A stretch of 63,700 nucleotides of DNA, counting the filler, from Choristocarpus tenellus KU-1152 (lineage: Eukaryota; Protista; Phaeophyceae), in the NCBI GenBank assembly GCA_964200185.2. It is 13 parts of 13 records of this genome, joined end to end, with 100 filler letters (N's around TTAATTAATTAA, not from the genome) between each part and the next. Parts side by side here need not be neighbours in the genome. Positions count along the whole stretch, not along the records: positions 35,909 to 41,709 come from CAXNAD020009723.1; positions 41,810 to 45,731 come from CAXNAD020017133.1; positions 45,832 to 50,374 come from CAXNAD020014072.1; positions 50,475 to 53,793 come from CAXNAD020020832.1; 9 more parts are not named here. One strand, given 5' to 3'. Made by a program: the position numbers and the translations under genes. Positions 40,195 to 53,400 of the stretch are shown here, piece by piece. The notes under the pieces are model-generated. The model was given only the letters and a program-made list of their open reading frames with translations, was not told where the DNA came from and did no database searches. Position 1 is the first letter of the stretch, and every line of letters starts with the position of its first letter.

Positions 40195-41140
40195 ATTTTT
40201 ATTATTATGCCCTCTGACATTTTGTAGATGTGTTAGGGGGAAACCAATAAAAACTATACATATCGTACATATTTTCAGTATAACCTCTAAAGAAATAAAA
40301 TGTCATAAATGTGAAAAACCCAAATCCATTATTTGTTACTTCACCACTATGTTGTACTACTGCCTTCCTGTGTCTCCAATTTACCTATACCTGTGCCCCG
40401 GGAGGAGCTAGGGAGGCATCCCAAGAATCTAATAAACCCTCCGTGCCCATTTCCCTGGTGATTCCAGTTTAAAACGCATGACACGTCTAGACAGTGCCAC
40501 TTGCGTAGTTACGGATATAATTTGGCGTAGCTGGGATTTAACTATAACCGTTATAGTTGTGGTTGGGGACTGATGATGGTGAAGAGGTATAGTGAGGGAC
40601 ACCGTTCTTGGTATCAATATTAAAAGGAACTCAATTAATACCGTAAGCATAATTTTTGTATTTTTTATCATTTTCTCTGACATTTTACAGATGTGTATTT
40701 TTTGTATCGTTATTCTTGTCCATAACATATTTTTTACACTTCATTCATAGATCATACATATTTTATGATGATGCCCTCTCACATTTGGTAGACGTGTCAG
40801 GGGGAAAACCAATGACAACTATTCACTTGTCAGCAAAATCTCCCAAAAAGTAACAATTGTCAATTGTCATAAACGTGAAAAACATTTATCTATTTACTAT
40901 TTTACTACCAAATATGCTGTACCGCTGCCTTCCTATACCTCGAACCTAGCTTATTCGTGCACCCCAGGGTGAGGCTAGGGAACCATCCCAAGAATCTAAC
41001 AAGCCCCTCTTTTCCCATCTCCCTGGTGTCTCCAGCTTAAAATGCGTGTCACATCTAGACAGGGCCACCTGCGTTGGAACAGGCCTATTGTGTCTTCTGA
41101 TATTTTGCAGATGTGTCAGAGGGGAGGGGAACCAAGGCCA
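40195..41140 (-). mobile_element. Cluster of 5'-truncated CRE-type non-LTR retrotransposon 3' ends (about 40195-40545, 40765-41080; stubs near 40676 and 41094)
   Basis: VKSQLRQIISVTTQVALSRRVMRFKLESPG matches the C-terminus at 61185-61279; shared 3' UTR ending AAATGTCAGAGGGCATAATAA. Confidence 0.75.
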
Positions 41141-41964
41141 GAACTACATGACAAGGACTAATGTCTATCGAATAGTTATGAACTGCTGGTAGTAGTAAGA
41201 TTTCGTATTGAAGTATTGTTCTTGGCCTGCCCCAGATGATCTAAAAAAAAGTTGTTAAACCGGGTCCTGCCCAGTTATAAATATTGGTTCCAGGCTGGGC
41301 ACCGCTTTGCACCTTCAAATATTTGACTGCCCACACGATCTAGTCCATGACCATTATTAGATATTTCGGTGGGGCCAGTTCGCAGGCTGGTTTGGTACGG
41401 TCCAGGGACATCAGATATTTCTACCTATACTTCATGCATACTTAATCATACAAGATGGTTGCAATATATAGGGGATGAGTAAGGGATGGATTGCAAAACA
41501 GAAACCATCACACACCAAGAAGTACCCCATGTAAGGCTCCACATCGCAGGGGATAAGGCCATACTACTTTACATTTTTAGTATATATAGCGGCAGTAGTA
41601 GTAAACATGGAACACCACCCCCCCCCCCCCCCCCACCCCCACAAAAAAAAAAGGAAACAGCGCCAACACGCTCAAATGCTGATCCCCCCCACGGGTGCAA
41701 AAAAAATTTNNNNNNNNNNNNNNNNNNNNNNNNNNNNNNNNNNNNNNNNNNNNTTAATTAATTAANNNNNNNNNNNNNNNNNNNNNNNNNNNNNNNNNNN
41801 NNNNNNNNNCCCCCCCCCCCCTTCCCCTCTTTAAAAGGTGCGGGGGACAATACCCCCCCCCCCCCCCCCTTAAAAAACCCAATATATATATATATATATA
41901 GGGGTTAAGGAAGTAGGTCGCTTCCCTCGGCCTCTCTTCTTTCTTTTTCTTCTCTCCATCTCAC

Positions 41965-44315
41965 CTCTCCATATCTGTCAGCAGCTCCCCAAAGGGAATG
42001 TAGTAAATCTCATAAAAATCCAGCATGCTTTTCCCATCCTTCCAGTTCATTGAGTCCAGCTTGTGCCTGAGCTCCTGGTGGACTAGCCACGTAGCCTGCG
42101 CTCCCCCAGGGGTCATCAAAAACAACACACAAAACCACTACAATTATTGCATAATATATAATTATATTATTGCATAAAATAATAAATATTACGTAAGATA
42201 TTATAATGCTTATCGTCTTTTTCTTCAAAAAAAAAAAGCCGTCTTTACTTTAAAAAATATATATATCTTCTTCACAATTTTCTACTCTTAGTTCTCATTA
42301 TTCTAATGTATACACCGCAGAGAAAACAAAAAAAATGGGCATAAAATAAAAAAATAAAAATAAGGTTCCTAATTTTGGAAGCGCAACCCTACCTTTACCT
42401 ACACACAAGGGATGAAAGAGACAGGAGAAAAAAAAAATTAAGAAAAAAATTACGCAGTGGGTTAAATCAATGGACAACAACATTACAAGACAAAGTCTCT
42501 ACAGTCAACCTAGGGCAACCGGCTAGTCCTAACCCTAACACCTAAAAACAAACAAAAAATCTAAGCTGGACAGTCAACAAAGATTGCTTTTCACCTAAAA
42601 AAGAAACCCTATCGGGGTAAGCACTACTAGCCAATAGAAAGAAGGGCCAGTGGACACACACACGAGCCATTGCATCGATGTCCTATTGGAGTTCTTAAAA
42701 CCTGCATTTTGTTACATAAAATGAAAAAAAAATAGGACGTCGATAGAAATAAGAATCGAGAACTGGTATTAGAAAAGCACTCCCCCCCCCTCCCTCAAGG
42801 AAGGCGTGCTTGATGATGGTACATGGACACACCCTGCTCCTAGTGCTACATGAGATCTCTTTTGGACTCTTCACCCATGACACAAGTTTGAGAGACTCTT
42901 TTGCCCCAGTGCCTGCCGAGATATATTGAAACACCGCCGTACAGTGAAACCAGGGTCCCCCGAACAAGACTGGCGCTCTATACATTAAATATATTGTTCC
43001 AAGAAATTTCTTTTAGATTCTCCTTGAGTAATCTCAGTTATCTACTTCCACCACCCATCGAGGGGGAGTACATGCACCACATTAATAACAATAATAACAA
43101 TAACAATAATAACAATAACAATAATAATAAATCTCACTACAATGATATCACTCATTGAGCAGGCAGATCACCCTTCCATATCCAACTCCTTGAAAGGATG
43201 TAACACCAAAGAAAATTATGACATAAAATAAAATTAATTTCAACCTTCTCCACTCAATACATACATAAAGCAAACCCACCCCTCAAGAGTAAACCCTCCC
43301 AAGAAAGAACTTTCAACCAAACAGAAGTGTAGTTTAGACTAAAAATAAATGAAAAACACATACATACATACATACATACATACATACATACATACATACA
43401 CACACAAGTGTATACACACACACAAGTGTATACACACACACAAGTGTATACACACACACATATATTTACCTCATGCATCCTCCCACATAACTAAAATATC
43501 ACATGATGCAATTCCCTCCCTTAGCCCCCCCTCCCCCCCCCCCCCCCCCCCCCCCCCCCAATTCACAAAAAATCTCATACCTCCCCCCCCCCCGCCAAAT
43601 AATTCCCTCCCTTAGCCCCCCCTCCCCCCCCCAACACACACCACTTCAGAAGTTACAAACAATTCTCATACCTGGGCATCATAGGCAGAATACTCTATCC
43701 AATCTTTTCGCATGGTTGGATCAGCTTGAATGTGGTCCATTGGCGGCAACTTATGCAAGCAAAGAAGGGAGGGGGGGGGGGACGTGAGTCCCAATACAAT
43801 AACATGAAGATAAAAAGATAACACTGGAATTCTGCAAACTGAAGAGTATTCCTTTTGATTTTAATTCATACCCTAACCCTAACCCAATGAACGGAACAAC
43901 ATCCAATTCTAGTACACACTTCAAAGTGGTGGCAAAGAGAGATACTTTGTATTTGACTATTTGTATCAATAAAAACTACAAAAAAATAATTTAAAAAAAA
44001 CTCTCAAGAGAAAAAAAAAAAAAAAAGTCGACCGGTTCCCACAGACACCCACCATACAAAGTTGCTCAAAACAACTTTGGGCTTCAATTACGTATGTTAC
44101 ATTCAACTATAGTACTACTGTACAAACTGGATAACCACTGTAGCAGACCCTGGCAACAAGCACCTCTGTTAAAACTATTTTTTAAAATGTAAGCGTATTT
44201 TTCATGGTTTTAAGAACAGAATCTGACAATGAGAGTAAGTAGTACACACCAACTCTACTCCAGTACATCTTCGATTGATCGTCCAACCTTTTTTTTTGTA
44301 GAAAAAAAAATGCAT

Positions 44316-44346
<31 letters not shown>

Positions 44347-45055
44347 CAGAGAGAGAGAGCAATCAAAACCCAAGATTGAAGGAACAATTAAGGTCAAAGA
44401 GGAAATGTATTGCATGCACCCATACCATACCTAAAAGCAATATCCGTACCTTACCTCAATGTGATAGCCACACCCTACCTCAATGCTGTCAGAACAACCA
44501 CCCCCTTCCCTTGCCCGTCCTTTATATTTATATTTATATTTTTTTTACTTTCTATACGCCACGACCTCTCTACCCCCTCAACTGTGGTTCCAATCAAACT
44601 GTGCCACAAAAAAAAACAGACTTGTAGTGTTTGCACACCTTGGTAGGCAGGGGCATTTAGCCTTTTTTGTACCTCAACATGTACCTCAACATGTACAAGA
44701 AATGGAAAATCGATACGATTAGAGGAGAGAACAGAATGCAATAACAGTAACAATAATAATAATAATAATGTATTTTAAACATTCAATTAACCTCCGCTAC
44801 AAAAAACTTCAAACCGAGGAGAGGTCTGTTCTCCACAAAAAAAGAACAAACATTCAATTCGGATGTGGGTCATTCTTTGATCAATCAAATTGTAGCAACA
44901 GAATAGCTACAGTTCTCACAACCTCTAACGCTATCTATCCCCTAACCAACCAGCCCCCCCCCCCCAACCCACCCCCCCCCCCACACCNNNNNNNNNNTTT
45001 TTTATAAAAAAAATTTGAGAAAAAAAAAAGCCACACTCCCCCCACCCCCCCCCAC

Positions 45056-45091
<36 letters not shown>

Positions 45092-45285
45092 CTTTTCACC
45101 ACACACAATGAATACATTGAGTAGAATATATATATACATATATGCTACACTGTACGAACTCTCCCCCGCCCTCCTCCCCCCTGCTCTCAATTCACTTACT
45201 AGCAGCATACTGCCAGGTGTGCCATCCTTCTTGAGCTTGGGAACGCCAAAGAGCTCCTTCATAGGTATCTTCTTGTACTTAGGTC
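41965..45285 (-). CDS. POP: Plant/protist organellar DNA polymerase (POP, family A), 3'-5' exonuclease region; internal exons 45285-45200, 43749-43672, 42095-41965
   Basis: Phase-consistent splicing gives PKYKKIPMKELFGVPKLKKDGTPGSMLL-LPPMDHIQADPTMRKDWIEYSAYDAQ-ATWLVHQELRHKLDSMNWKDGKSMLDFYEIYYIPFGELLTDMER. This contains the POP-typical M..FG..KLKKDG motif, ExoIII YSAYDA and PFGELL..ME. Confidence 0.9.
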
Positions 45286-45686
45286 CTTTGTCAACAATAG
45301 TTTTCAGGATTGGAGCAAAGGTGCCAAGGGGATACAACCCAACAGGCAGCAGTGCAGCACAAACAATAGTCACCCAACACAAAAACCGTGTGAGAAGAAC
45401 AGTAGGACAATAAACCAATCAGACACTGCGTGCGTGCGCGTGCGCGTGGGGGCAGGGCAAGAAAATAAACAAAAAAAGAACACTTTCAATTCCATACTGT
45501 ATCACACAGAAAAAACAGGGAAAGGTGGGCTACTAGTGTTCATCATACATTAGAAAAATAAAAATAGTTTTTTCTTAACAGGCGCATACTATAGGCAAGA
45601 GTGAAATAACTACATCTGACACAGTGTGTGTGTGGGGGGGGGGGGGGGGGGGGGGGGGGGGGAATTTTCACAAAGTGGGGCGCCCT

Positions 45687-45728
<42 letters not shown>

Positions 45729-45831
45729 CCTNNNNNNNNNNNNNNNNNNNNNNNNNNNNNNNNNNNNNNNNNNNNTTAATTAATTAANNNNNNNNNNNNN
45801 NNNNNNNNNNNNNNNNNNNNNNNNNNNNNNN

Positions 45832-46473
45832 CATTTTCTCCACATCCTGCACCGTCTTGGACTCCCCGTAGTCTATGAAGCTTTTCACTTGGGAGTAATT
45901 CTCCCCCAGCTTGTTGAGGATAGTAGCCACATTAGTCTCTTCTGCGATGACCTCGCCCATTGACTCCAGTCTCGTAGTGAGTCGTGAAATTTCTGTAAGA
46001 CCTGGAGATGGGTCCTTCCTGTCGTCAATCGTGAGACGATCTAGCTCCTGACGTACACGTCTGGCCTCCTGGCGGGTCTTTGGCATAAACGCCGCATCAA
46101 GGGCCCGCCACCCCGCGCTCGGAGACCCAGGTGAAATAAATATATGCAGGGCTCGATCCTGTAGCATTAACAGCATCAGTTGCCATGCCTTCCTCGCCCG
46201 CTTAGTTGCCAGTCGAAGCTCAGAGTTGTTGCCCACATCAGGAACAGGTACTGTTGGGGGTCGCTCCACATCTTCGTCTTCATCACTTTGCGAATTTAAC
46301 AATTCGGTGTCCACTGCCCAGATGGGTCCCCCGCAGATAATGTCAGGTCCACGAAGAGCTGTCACACAGTCATGAACTCCGAGCGTGGCCTGAGCCCTGA
46401 CAGCAAAGGAGTAGAAATCTTCGCCCAGCTTTCCGGCGAACAAAGGGAGAGAGGTGATCTTGGCAGCATTCAT
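45832..46473 (-). mobile_element. gag: Ty1/Copia gag ORF, open to contig end
   Basis: LPLFAG..GEDFYSF...ARKAWQLMLLML...SPSAGWRALDAAFMPKT...DPSPGLTEISRL..LESMGEVI...ILNKLGENY is a typical Copia gag pattern. Confidence 0.85.
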
Positions 46474-46556
46474 GGCAGAGTGATTATACAAAATGCTCAC
46501 TACCTGTCTTGTCGCTTCGCAAAATGTCCCAGGAATATTCGGTCCGCTACGTAGCG

Positions 46557-46625
46557 TGTTGAACTATCCCACACTGGACCCGCGGCTTTTATGGTGCTTT
46601 AATGAAGGACAAAGAACAGCTTGAT
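46557..46625 (-). mobile_element. U5 end of the 5' LTR of the Copia element (remainder missing)
   Basis: TGTTGAA..CCACACTGGACCCGCGGCTTT..GAACAGCTTG is shared with 62393-62460; homology starts exactly at TG. Confidence 0.7.
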
Positions 46626-48935
46626 GGCATCGCAGCCATCGAAGGTCCAATTGGCATACTTAAGACGTATGCACACAAAGAATGTCCTCATCAAGAGGGC
46701 TGTCCTGGAGGTCGCCGTACAGGTCATGAACGGCCTCAAGAGGAAAGACGAGCTCGGGATAGATCCCTACGCCGATGACTCCTCAGCAGGGTCTTCAGAA
46801 GAGGGTCCTCCAAAGAAAAAATACATCCTGAGCGAAGAGGTACTCAACAGAGTGTGAGGTTCATCATGTCATATGTCCACTGTATTTGAGTACGTAGCAA
46901 GTCACCTCACAATAAACGCCCTGATCGCGCACATTAATGTAACCCCATAAAATCCACAGGTGAAAAGGGACCTCGTGTTGAGGGAGGATGTGGAGGAGGG
47001 TACAAAATACCTGGACATCGTCAAATACTCTGAGGGCGTTACCCTGAACACCAGTGGTGAACACGCAGGCAAGCAATTACATCATTGTACAACATCGCCA
47101 TACGTTAACATCAAACATAGTTCCCTACACCAAACACACTGCCTAGAACCTCCCAGATCTTGCCGACATTGGACAGTTTCACAATGTACATTGTCACAGG
47201 GTTCTTCAGTTTTATATGTTGCGAAGTTGCTCATCGAACAGATTGATTCATACTTTCGCTGTGTTGTACCGATCGACAGAACCCAGCAAAATCAGGGAAA
47301 TTATGTCGCGGTTTATGTACTATAGTCCAATACGCATCCTCTTAACCCTATGTTACAAGCCCTACTTGTCTTCCTGATTTATGGGCTCAAATAACCCGCC
47401 CAAGTTCGATGAGCAGCACGTACTCTAACCCACCCATCCTTTCCTCAGCCTCTGCCTCCTCCTCTGTATCCTGCTTCCCTTACTCCTTTTCACCAACCTC
47501 TGCCTCATCCCTTGCCTCCTAACGCTAACCCATCTTCCCGTTGTTTTACCTCATGCTTCCCCTCCTTGTCCTTTGCCTACTCATCCACCATTACAAAGAA
47601 AACACGAGTCACAAGGGTTATGATCACTCCTGAGAAAAACACCTTGTCCGAGCACGACCTTGACAAGTTCAAGTCCGAAACGAGCGCCACCCATGAGAGA
47701 GAAGTCGCCCTTCTCCAGACCCGACTGGGAGGCATCGTAATCACATGCACCGCCCTCAGGGACAACCTCGATCCGGATCGTGTCCTACTCCTCATGGACG
47801 CACTCTCCACCTTCCGCAATTTTGCGCTGGTAAAGACACCGGTAGTTGGTGGCGTATCTATGCCTATACCTTGTGGAAGACCCAACCCACCAGGTGATGA
47901 AGAGGAACAGGAGACGCCATCGCCTAACCCTACAGCAGGTGCGGGAAGCAGGACTCTATATGGGGGAAGGCATCCAATCACACCCTCGGAACACAACTCT
48001 GAAGGCGATGGGGGCCAACCCAATTGTAACGCTTTGTCAGGTCCAGAGGAACTTGTACAGGAGGAGGAGGGTGGCTAGGCATGGACTCAGAGTCCATGCC
48101 TGTCAAAATTGATCCCAAACTTTCCCCAAACGCCCATTCGGTGGGCAGCGGCAGCGATGAGTCCAAGGTGCCAGGGAACACCTACGACGATACTTTGGGG
48201 CGAAATGAGAACCACGCCAATGCCGATCCAACCCCAACACCGAGGGACAAGCCTTCCGAGAAAGGTAAAGGAAAGGGGAAAAGGAAGATAATTAGGAAGA
48301 AGAGGTTGAGAGAAGGTGCTGGACGGATGAGATCCTTCAAACAGCCTCATGGTCCCGATGGAAGAACTTTAGAACCTGGCTTCTTTGCAGACGTCTTCGC
48401 TTCTGCCAAAAAGGGCAGATACGCGGTAAATACGTCTTCATCTACCTTAAGGTACGACGATGACGACGAAAGGCAAATGCATGGTGATTGCGATTGCATA
48501 ACACAGGACGCGGCCGACTCCAGCGATGCATCCGATGTGGGGATCACCGAAGCCTTCATTGAGGCGTGCGTTACCGAGCTCCTACGATCGGCAACGAAAC
48601 CTGCTTCTTCACAGTATCGAGTGCAGACTCAAATCCTCACCCAAGTCATATACGACGACCATGGGTTCAGGTTCATCAAGGCCGATAAAGGGAGACAATT
48701 TCTCTTGTTTTGGGGGATGACTGCTACGTCCATGAGCCCACACAGGTTAAAGGTTAAACTCAGCGATCGTGGAGGGAAGCCAGGCAACACGTTGCATCCC
48801 GAGCATGTGGAAGAACTCCATGCGAGGAAGGCCATCTTCTTGAGCCTCGTGAAGCCCGAACCTTGGAATGACAGGTACTCCACGCGCCTAAATCTATGGG
48901 ACCTTCTTGTCGAGGCATACACCCTAAGCTTGTAG
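46621..48935 (+). pseudogene. Unidentified, apparently spliced and frameshifted coding region, probably TE-borne
   Basis: Consecutive protein-like ORFs 46621-46857, 46960 onward (CAG acceptor), 47512-48078 and 48081-48935 (different frames); no recognised domain. Confidence 0.4.
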
Positions 48936-49599
48936 AGTGGTGGGAGAAGGGTGACGAATACAATTTCGAGTCCGCCCACCAAGTGAAATAGGGGTTCAGT
49001 AGTTTCAGTTTTTTGTTGAAGTACGGATCGAGTTAGAGGTACACTGAGTTGTGCATCAGTGCACCTTGCCTTGGTGTCCGACTACCATGTTTATGCACTT
49101 TCCATTCGATGGGTTATGCATTTTTGACAGTGGTATCGGATACGCATTGCTACCCGTCAGAGGCGTCAGTGTATCATATATGATACCAATCTTGAGGATT
49201 AGACCTGTGTTATTATTTGTTTAAAAGAGCGTGTCCAGTACAAGGTTTAGACTACTAAATATAAAACATTTTTTGTTAAAGTCTTCTCCATCTTTTCAAC
49301 TAATTCGAATCAATTCGCCAAGACCTGATGTGGATATATGTTGTCCTTTTGAAAGGTGCTAATTATTCCTTGAACACTACAATGTTACCTCCCTCCTGGT
49401 TCTCAATACTCTATGCACCACCTCATGCTTTGTCCAAGTGTCGACAGACTAGAGCCGATCTCGTCCTTCTTCGAATCTTGGAGAATCAATACTGAAGTCC
49501 ACACACGATGCTTCTAAGCACAGCACCAACCCAGAACTTCAGGAACTATATCTTGAAATACTTTCAGAGAAACGTATGACAATAGACCTTGACCAATAA

Positions 49600-50366
49600 C
49601 CATTCGTATACACATCCAGAATCCGTCCACACATTACATGAAAGATACAGTACACTAACCCGAAAACAAAACCTGACCCTTTTCCCTTCCTTCATACCAA
49701 CAAACTTCAACCCTAACACCCTCAGCGACAACCACGCTTGTGTACATATTAAATCCGACACATATGCAGCAAATAAATGAAGAACTTTATTTAAAACTGT
49801 ACATGATATATGTTTTAGTTCCTCGTGCACACACCGGGAGAACAGGCCCTAACAGGCAGCCCTCTCTGTGTACATACCAGACACGATTCATGCAAGCAAA
49901 TAACCGAAAAAACTAACCTCGCAACAGTCCACAGTTTTTTTTTCAATTCCTCATGTTAACACTGGGAAAACACACCCTAACCGACATCCCTCTTTATGTA
50001 CTAACCAAATCCCACTCATGCAACCAAACAAACCAATAACTAGCCCTGAAACAACCAATGGTGTATCTTCTCTTATTCTTCATCCTAACTCCACGACCAA
50101 CATACATTAACCAGTAAGCCTGTTTGAACAGATTCGAAATCCGACACATGCAAACGTCAAAACTCCTAACCAAACCCAAATAAATGGTGGCATATATTCC
50201 CATTCCTCTTACGTATGCAAGGACAGAAGGGAACCTAACCAACAGTCTTCTTTTTTTTGCCAACATTTCCAATCCAACACGTGCGACCAAATCACACCGA
50301 AAAGTGAAAATCGAAAAAGGGGTGAAAAACGGACGCCGGCACCCCCCCCTCTGGATACTTTGACCC
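49600..50366. mobile_element. End of a long family A2 TIR element with degenerate subterminal repeats of about 128 bp
   Basis: Ends GGATACTTTGACCC at 50366; ATCC-ACAC-ATGCAA-CAAA-like motif near 49753, 49885, 50010, 50140 and 50272. Confidence 0.6.
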
Positions 50367-50474
50367 AGTTCCCCNNNNNNNNNNNNNNNNNNNNNNNNNN
50401 NNNNNNNNNNNNNNNNNNTTAATTAATTAANNNNNNNNNNNNNNNNNNNNNNNNNNNNNNNNNNNNNNNNNNNN

Positions 50475-53400
50475 TACCCGAGGACGAGTACATCCTTGCA
50501 TGATTTGCCTACAGATACCGTAGGCCTGGTGAACATTCGATTAACTGATGATGCGCTGTGCTCCCCTGCCCTCGTACACCTCAGCTTCGGAAGGGCGAGA
50601 GGAGCGTAAGAGCTAATCAAGGAGGAGGGAAACCGACAGACATCTACATCAGTCAGTCAGGTGTATGCGCTATGCATCGCAAAAACACATTGCATTACCC
50701 CTCTTTTTAGCTCCAAGTAAACAATGCGTAAGTAAGCAGAGTACTATTTGCCAACTAACGACAGACATCATTGTTCGCGCAGGTTGTAACCTTGTCTGCA
50801 CAGCCACCCACCTTGCCCTCACAAGGCTTATCGACAAGTACCACAACAGTCTAGATCACGCAGGGGGTTGCATCATCCAGCACGCGAATTGGCAAGTAAG
50901 AAAGTTTCATCTTGAGACGACCTACTTGCGATCTACTCGCCGAATAGAGGCCACCAAGTAGCTAACTGGGTGGTATTTAGTGTTGGTTTGTGGGTTGCAA
51001 CTTGCATGTATGATGGCGGTAATGTAGAGCTTGCGCTCTAGCACTACTGGAAACACGCCCTGTTTCTCCACGAAACGTGGTGAAAGGAGCTGACATATCA
51101 GCCTCACGCCTATCCCTCCCTCGCTCCCCGCTCCCCAAACTACCCAGGTCGACAACTGCGTCTCCGAGAACAAGAACAATTTCTTTCCCGGATATGCGGG
51201 GCTGTTGGTCGCGGCGAGTGTCATTCGTGTGGTCGAGATACACTTTATGATGGTGGAGCACATACACATCAAGATCGATCAGATCTTCTCCAGGTAATTA
51301 GGCACGCACCGTGAATGCGATAGCCACATGGCGTTTTTAAAAGGACAGATACTGCCTTGAGGCTTGCAGTTCACGCTTGTTGCCACTCTGGAAGGTTTAT
51401 GGTCATGCACTGCGATTGATTGATTGACTTTTGATTTCCCCATAATAAAATAGCACGAGAAGAGCAGCTGGCAAAACTGTATTGTAACCTAGCCTCGAAA
51501 CAAAACAAAAAAGAAATGTACGCATTACCCCTTTTTATATTTATACTTTCATATACATGCATCAGAGCATGTGCCTGCATATCTTGCTTCTCCACTTCTA
51601 TGTTATTTTACACCAAATCCAACACATCCTATGTTGGCATATAATGCAAAAAGTAATACCCATCTACACCTGACAAGAGCGCAAGGGCAACGGCTCTCTA
51701 TGTTCGTTAATGCTTCTCACGAGGAAACGACCATGACGGCTTTTGGCTAAGCTCTTCATCCTCCCCTTAGCTACGCCTAGCATCATCTGTCCACAAAAAT
51801 CAACATCGTCATGAAACCTCCTGCACCTTCCGCCGCCTGCTGTACCGATTCGACCACATCCCCCCCCTGGAGACAACCCAACCATTCCTTTCTCCTTCCC
51901 CACGTGGATCGCCGCCTATTCTTCTAACATTTTGTCTTCTGTGGGGTTGAAAGTTCACAAGCACACGTGCGTCTCGCCCACGTTTCTTTCGCGCCCGCCT
52001 AAAAATTAATTTGCTTGCATTTCACCTTCAGGTTCTCATGTGGAATAAAAGGCAAAAACATCTTAACAAGGACACAGCTGGGTGAAGAGCTGCAGGCCTC
52101 TTACACGGAGGTTCCAGTCTACTGCAAGACCCTACGGAACGAGGGCAACTTCAAGGGACTCCTTCGCGGTCGCGTCAACCGTGTTCCCAACATCTCGAGC
52201 TACAGGACTTTTCGTGTTGAAAAAGGCGGTGATGGGCGGGTTAAGGTTAGCGTAAAGCAATACATGCACAGCACCGCATGGAATGGGATAGGCGTCAACG
52301 TTGCTACCGACCCCAACACCCCTCCGCATGACCTCTTCATCGGCCACCCACCTCATCGCACCACCCTACCAGCTCAAGAGCATGCCCGAAGACGTCATCC
52401 TGAAGGTGGAGCAGCGGTACCAGGAGTCGCACGAGCACCTTGCTGTTGCGTACCCACTGGGTAAGTCGAACATTTCGTGAGGGGAGGTGATAGCCAATGT
52501 TTGTAGTCGGTGGCAGCTAAAAAAATCTGGTGCAACTTCTGTACGAGGCAGCCTTTACGGTCTTTACAAAAAAAATCTAGAAAAATATTCCATTCTCATG
52601 CGTAGTGATCGTCGCATGTCAAGATAAACAAGTACTATAGATTACCGGCGATAATTGTTTTGAGGGTACCGGTCTTGTACTCAACAGCGACGAATCCGAC
52701 GAAATCTACACCCTCCCTCTCACTACATGCTCCCCGAGCGCCTTCGTTCAACCTTACGGCTGGTTACAAAGTCACATTCATGTTTCCATACCGTTGATGT
52801 TCTCGTGCTCATGGATTCCACCTTCGCAGATGATGAAGTCATTCAGAGAGCGAAACACGAGCAAAGCGAGTCTGTGCGGCTTCTTGAAAAGACAGGAGAA
52901 CGAGAGTTTGACCTCCCAGTCCATTGGCTTCCCACCGATAACAATAGCACTGGAACTCATACCAGTGACATCGAAGACATCGACGAGGGCGAACGTTCTG
53001 GTGGAGGAGGTAGTCTCGTCAGCGGTGACAATGATCTCGGCGGGCTCGAGGAAACATATTCTTCCTCATCGGACAGTGACACGGAAGAAGCTGGCTTCCG
53101 TCGACGGGGTTGGCCTCGTGCTACCTTGAGATCGGCGAACGATCGAACCCTCATCACAGTGCAGGAAGGCAGGTTTGCCTTTTTTGTGGCAACGGAGGCG
53201 CCGCTCTTGGTTGGCAAGATCCTAGCGGAGCGCGTTGGCGACGACAGAGAGCGTGGGGTGGACCTTCACTGGCTTCAGCCGACCAGTGACCACACACACG
53301 TGATAACGCCGCGTTTATGACCCTTAAAAAGTACGGGAAAAGTTCTTTTGTCGAAGGCTGCATTCACGCTGGTGATAGATCCGGGCGAACTGGGAAACCG

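Noticed and set aside
45002-45418. 138-aa ORF as a complete gene
   Set aside because: Only 45200-45285 is exon; the rest is intron read-through.
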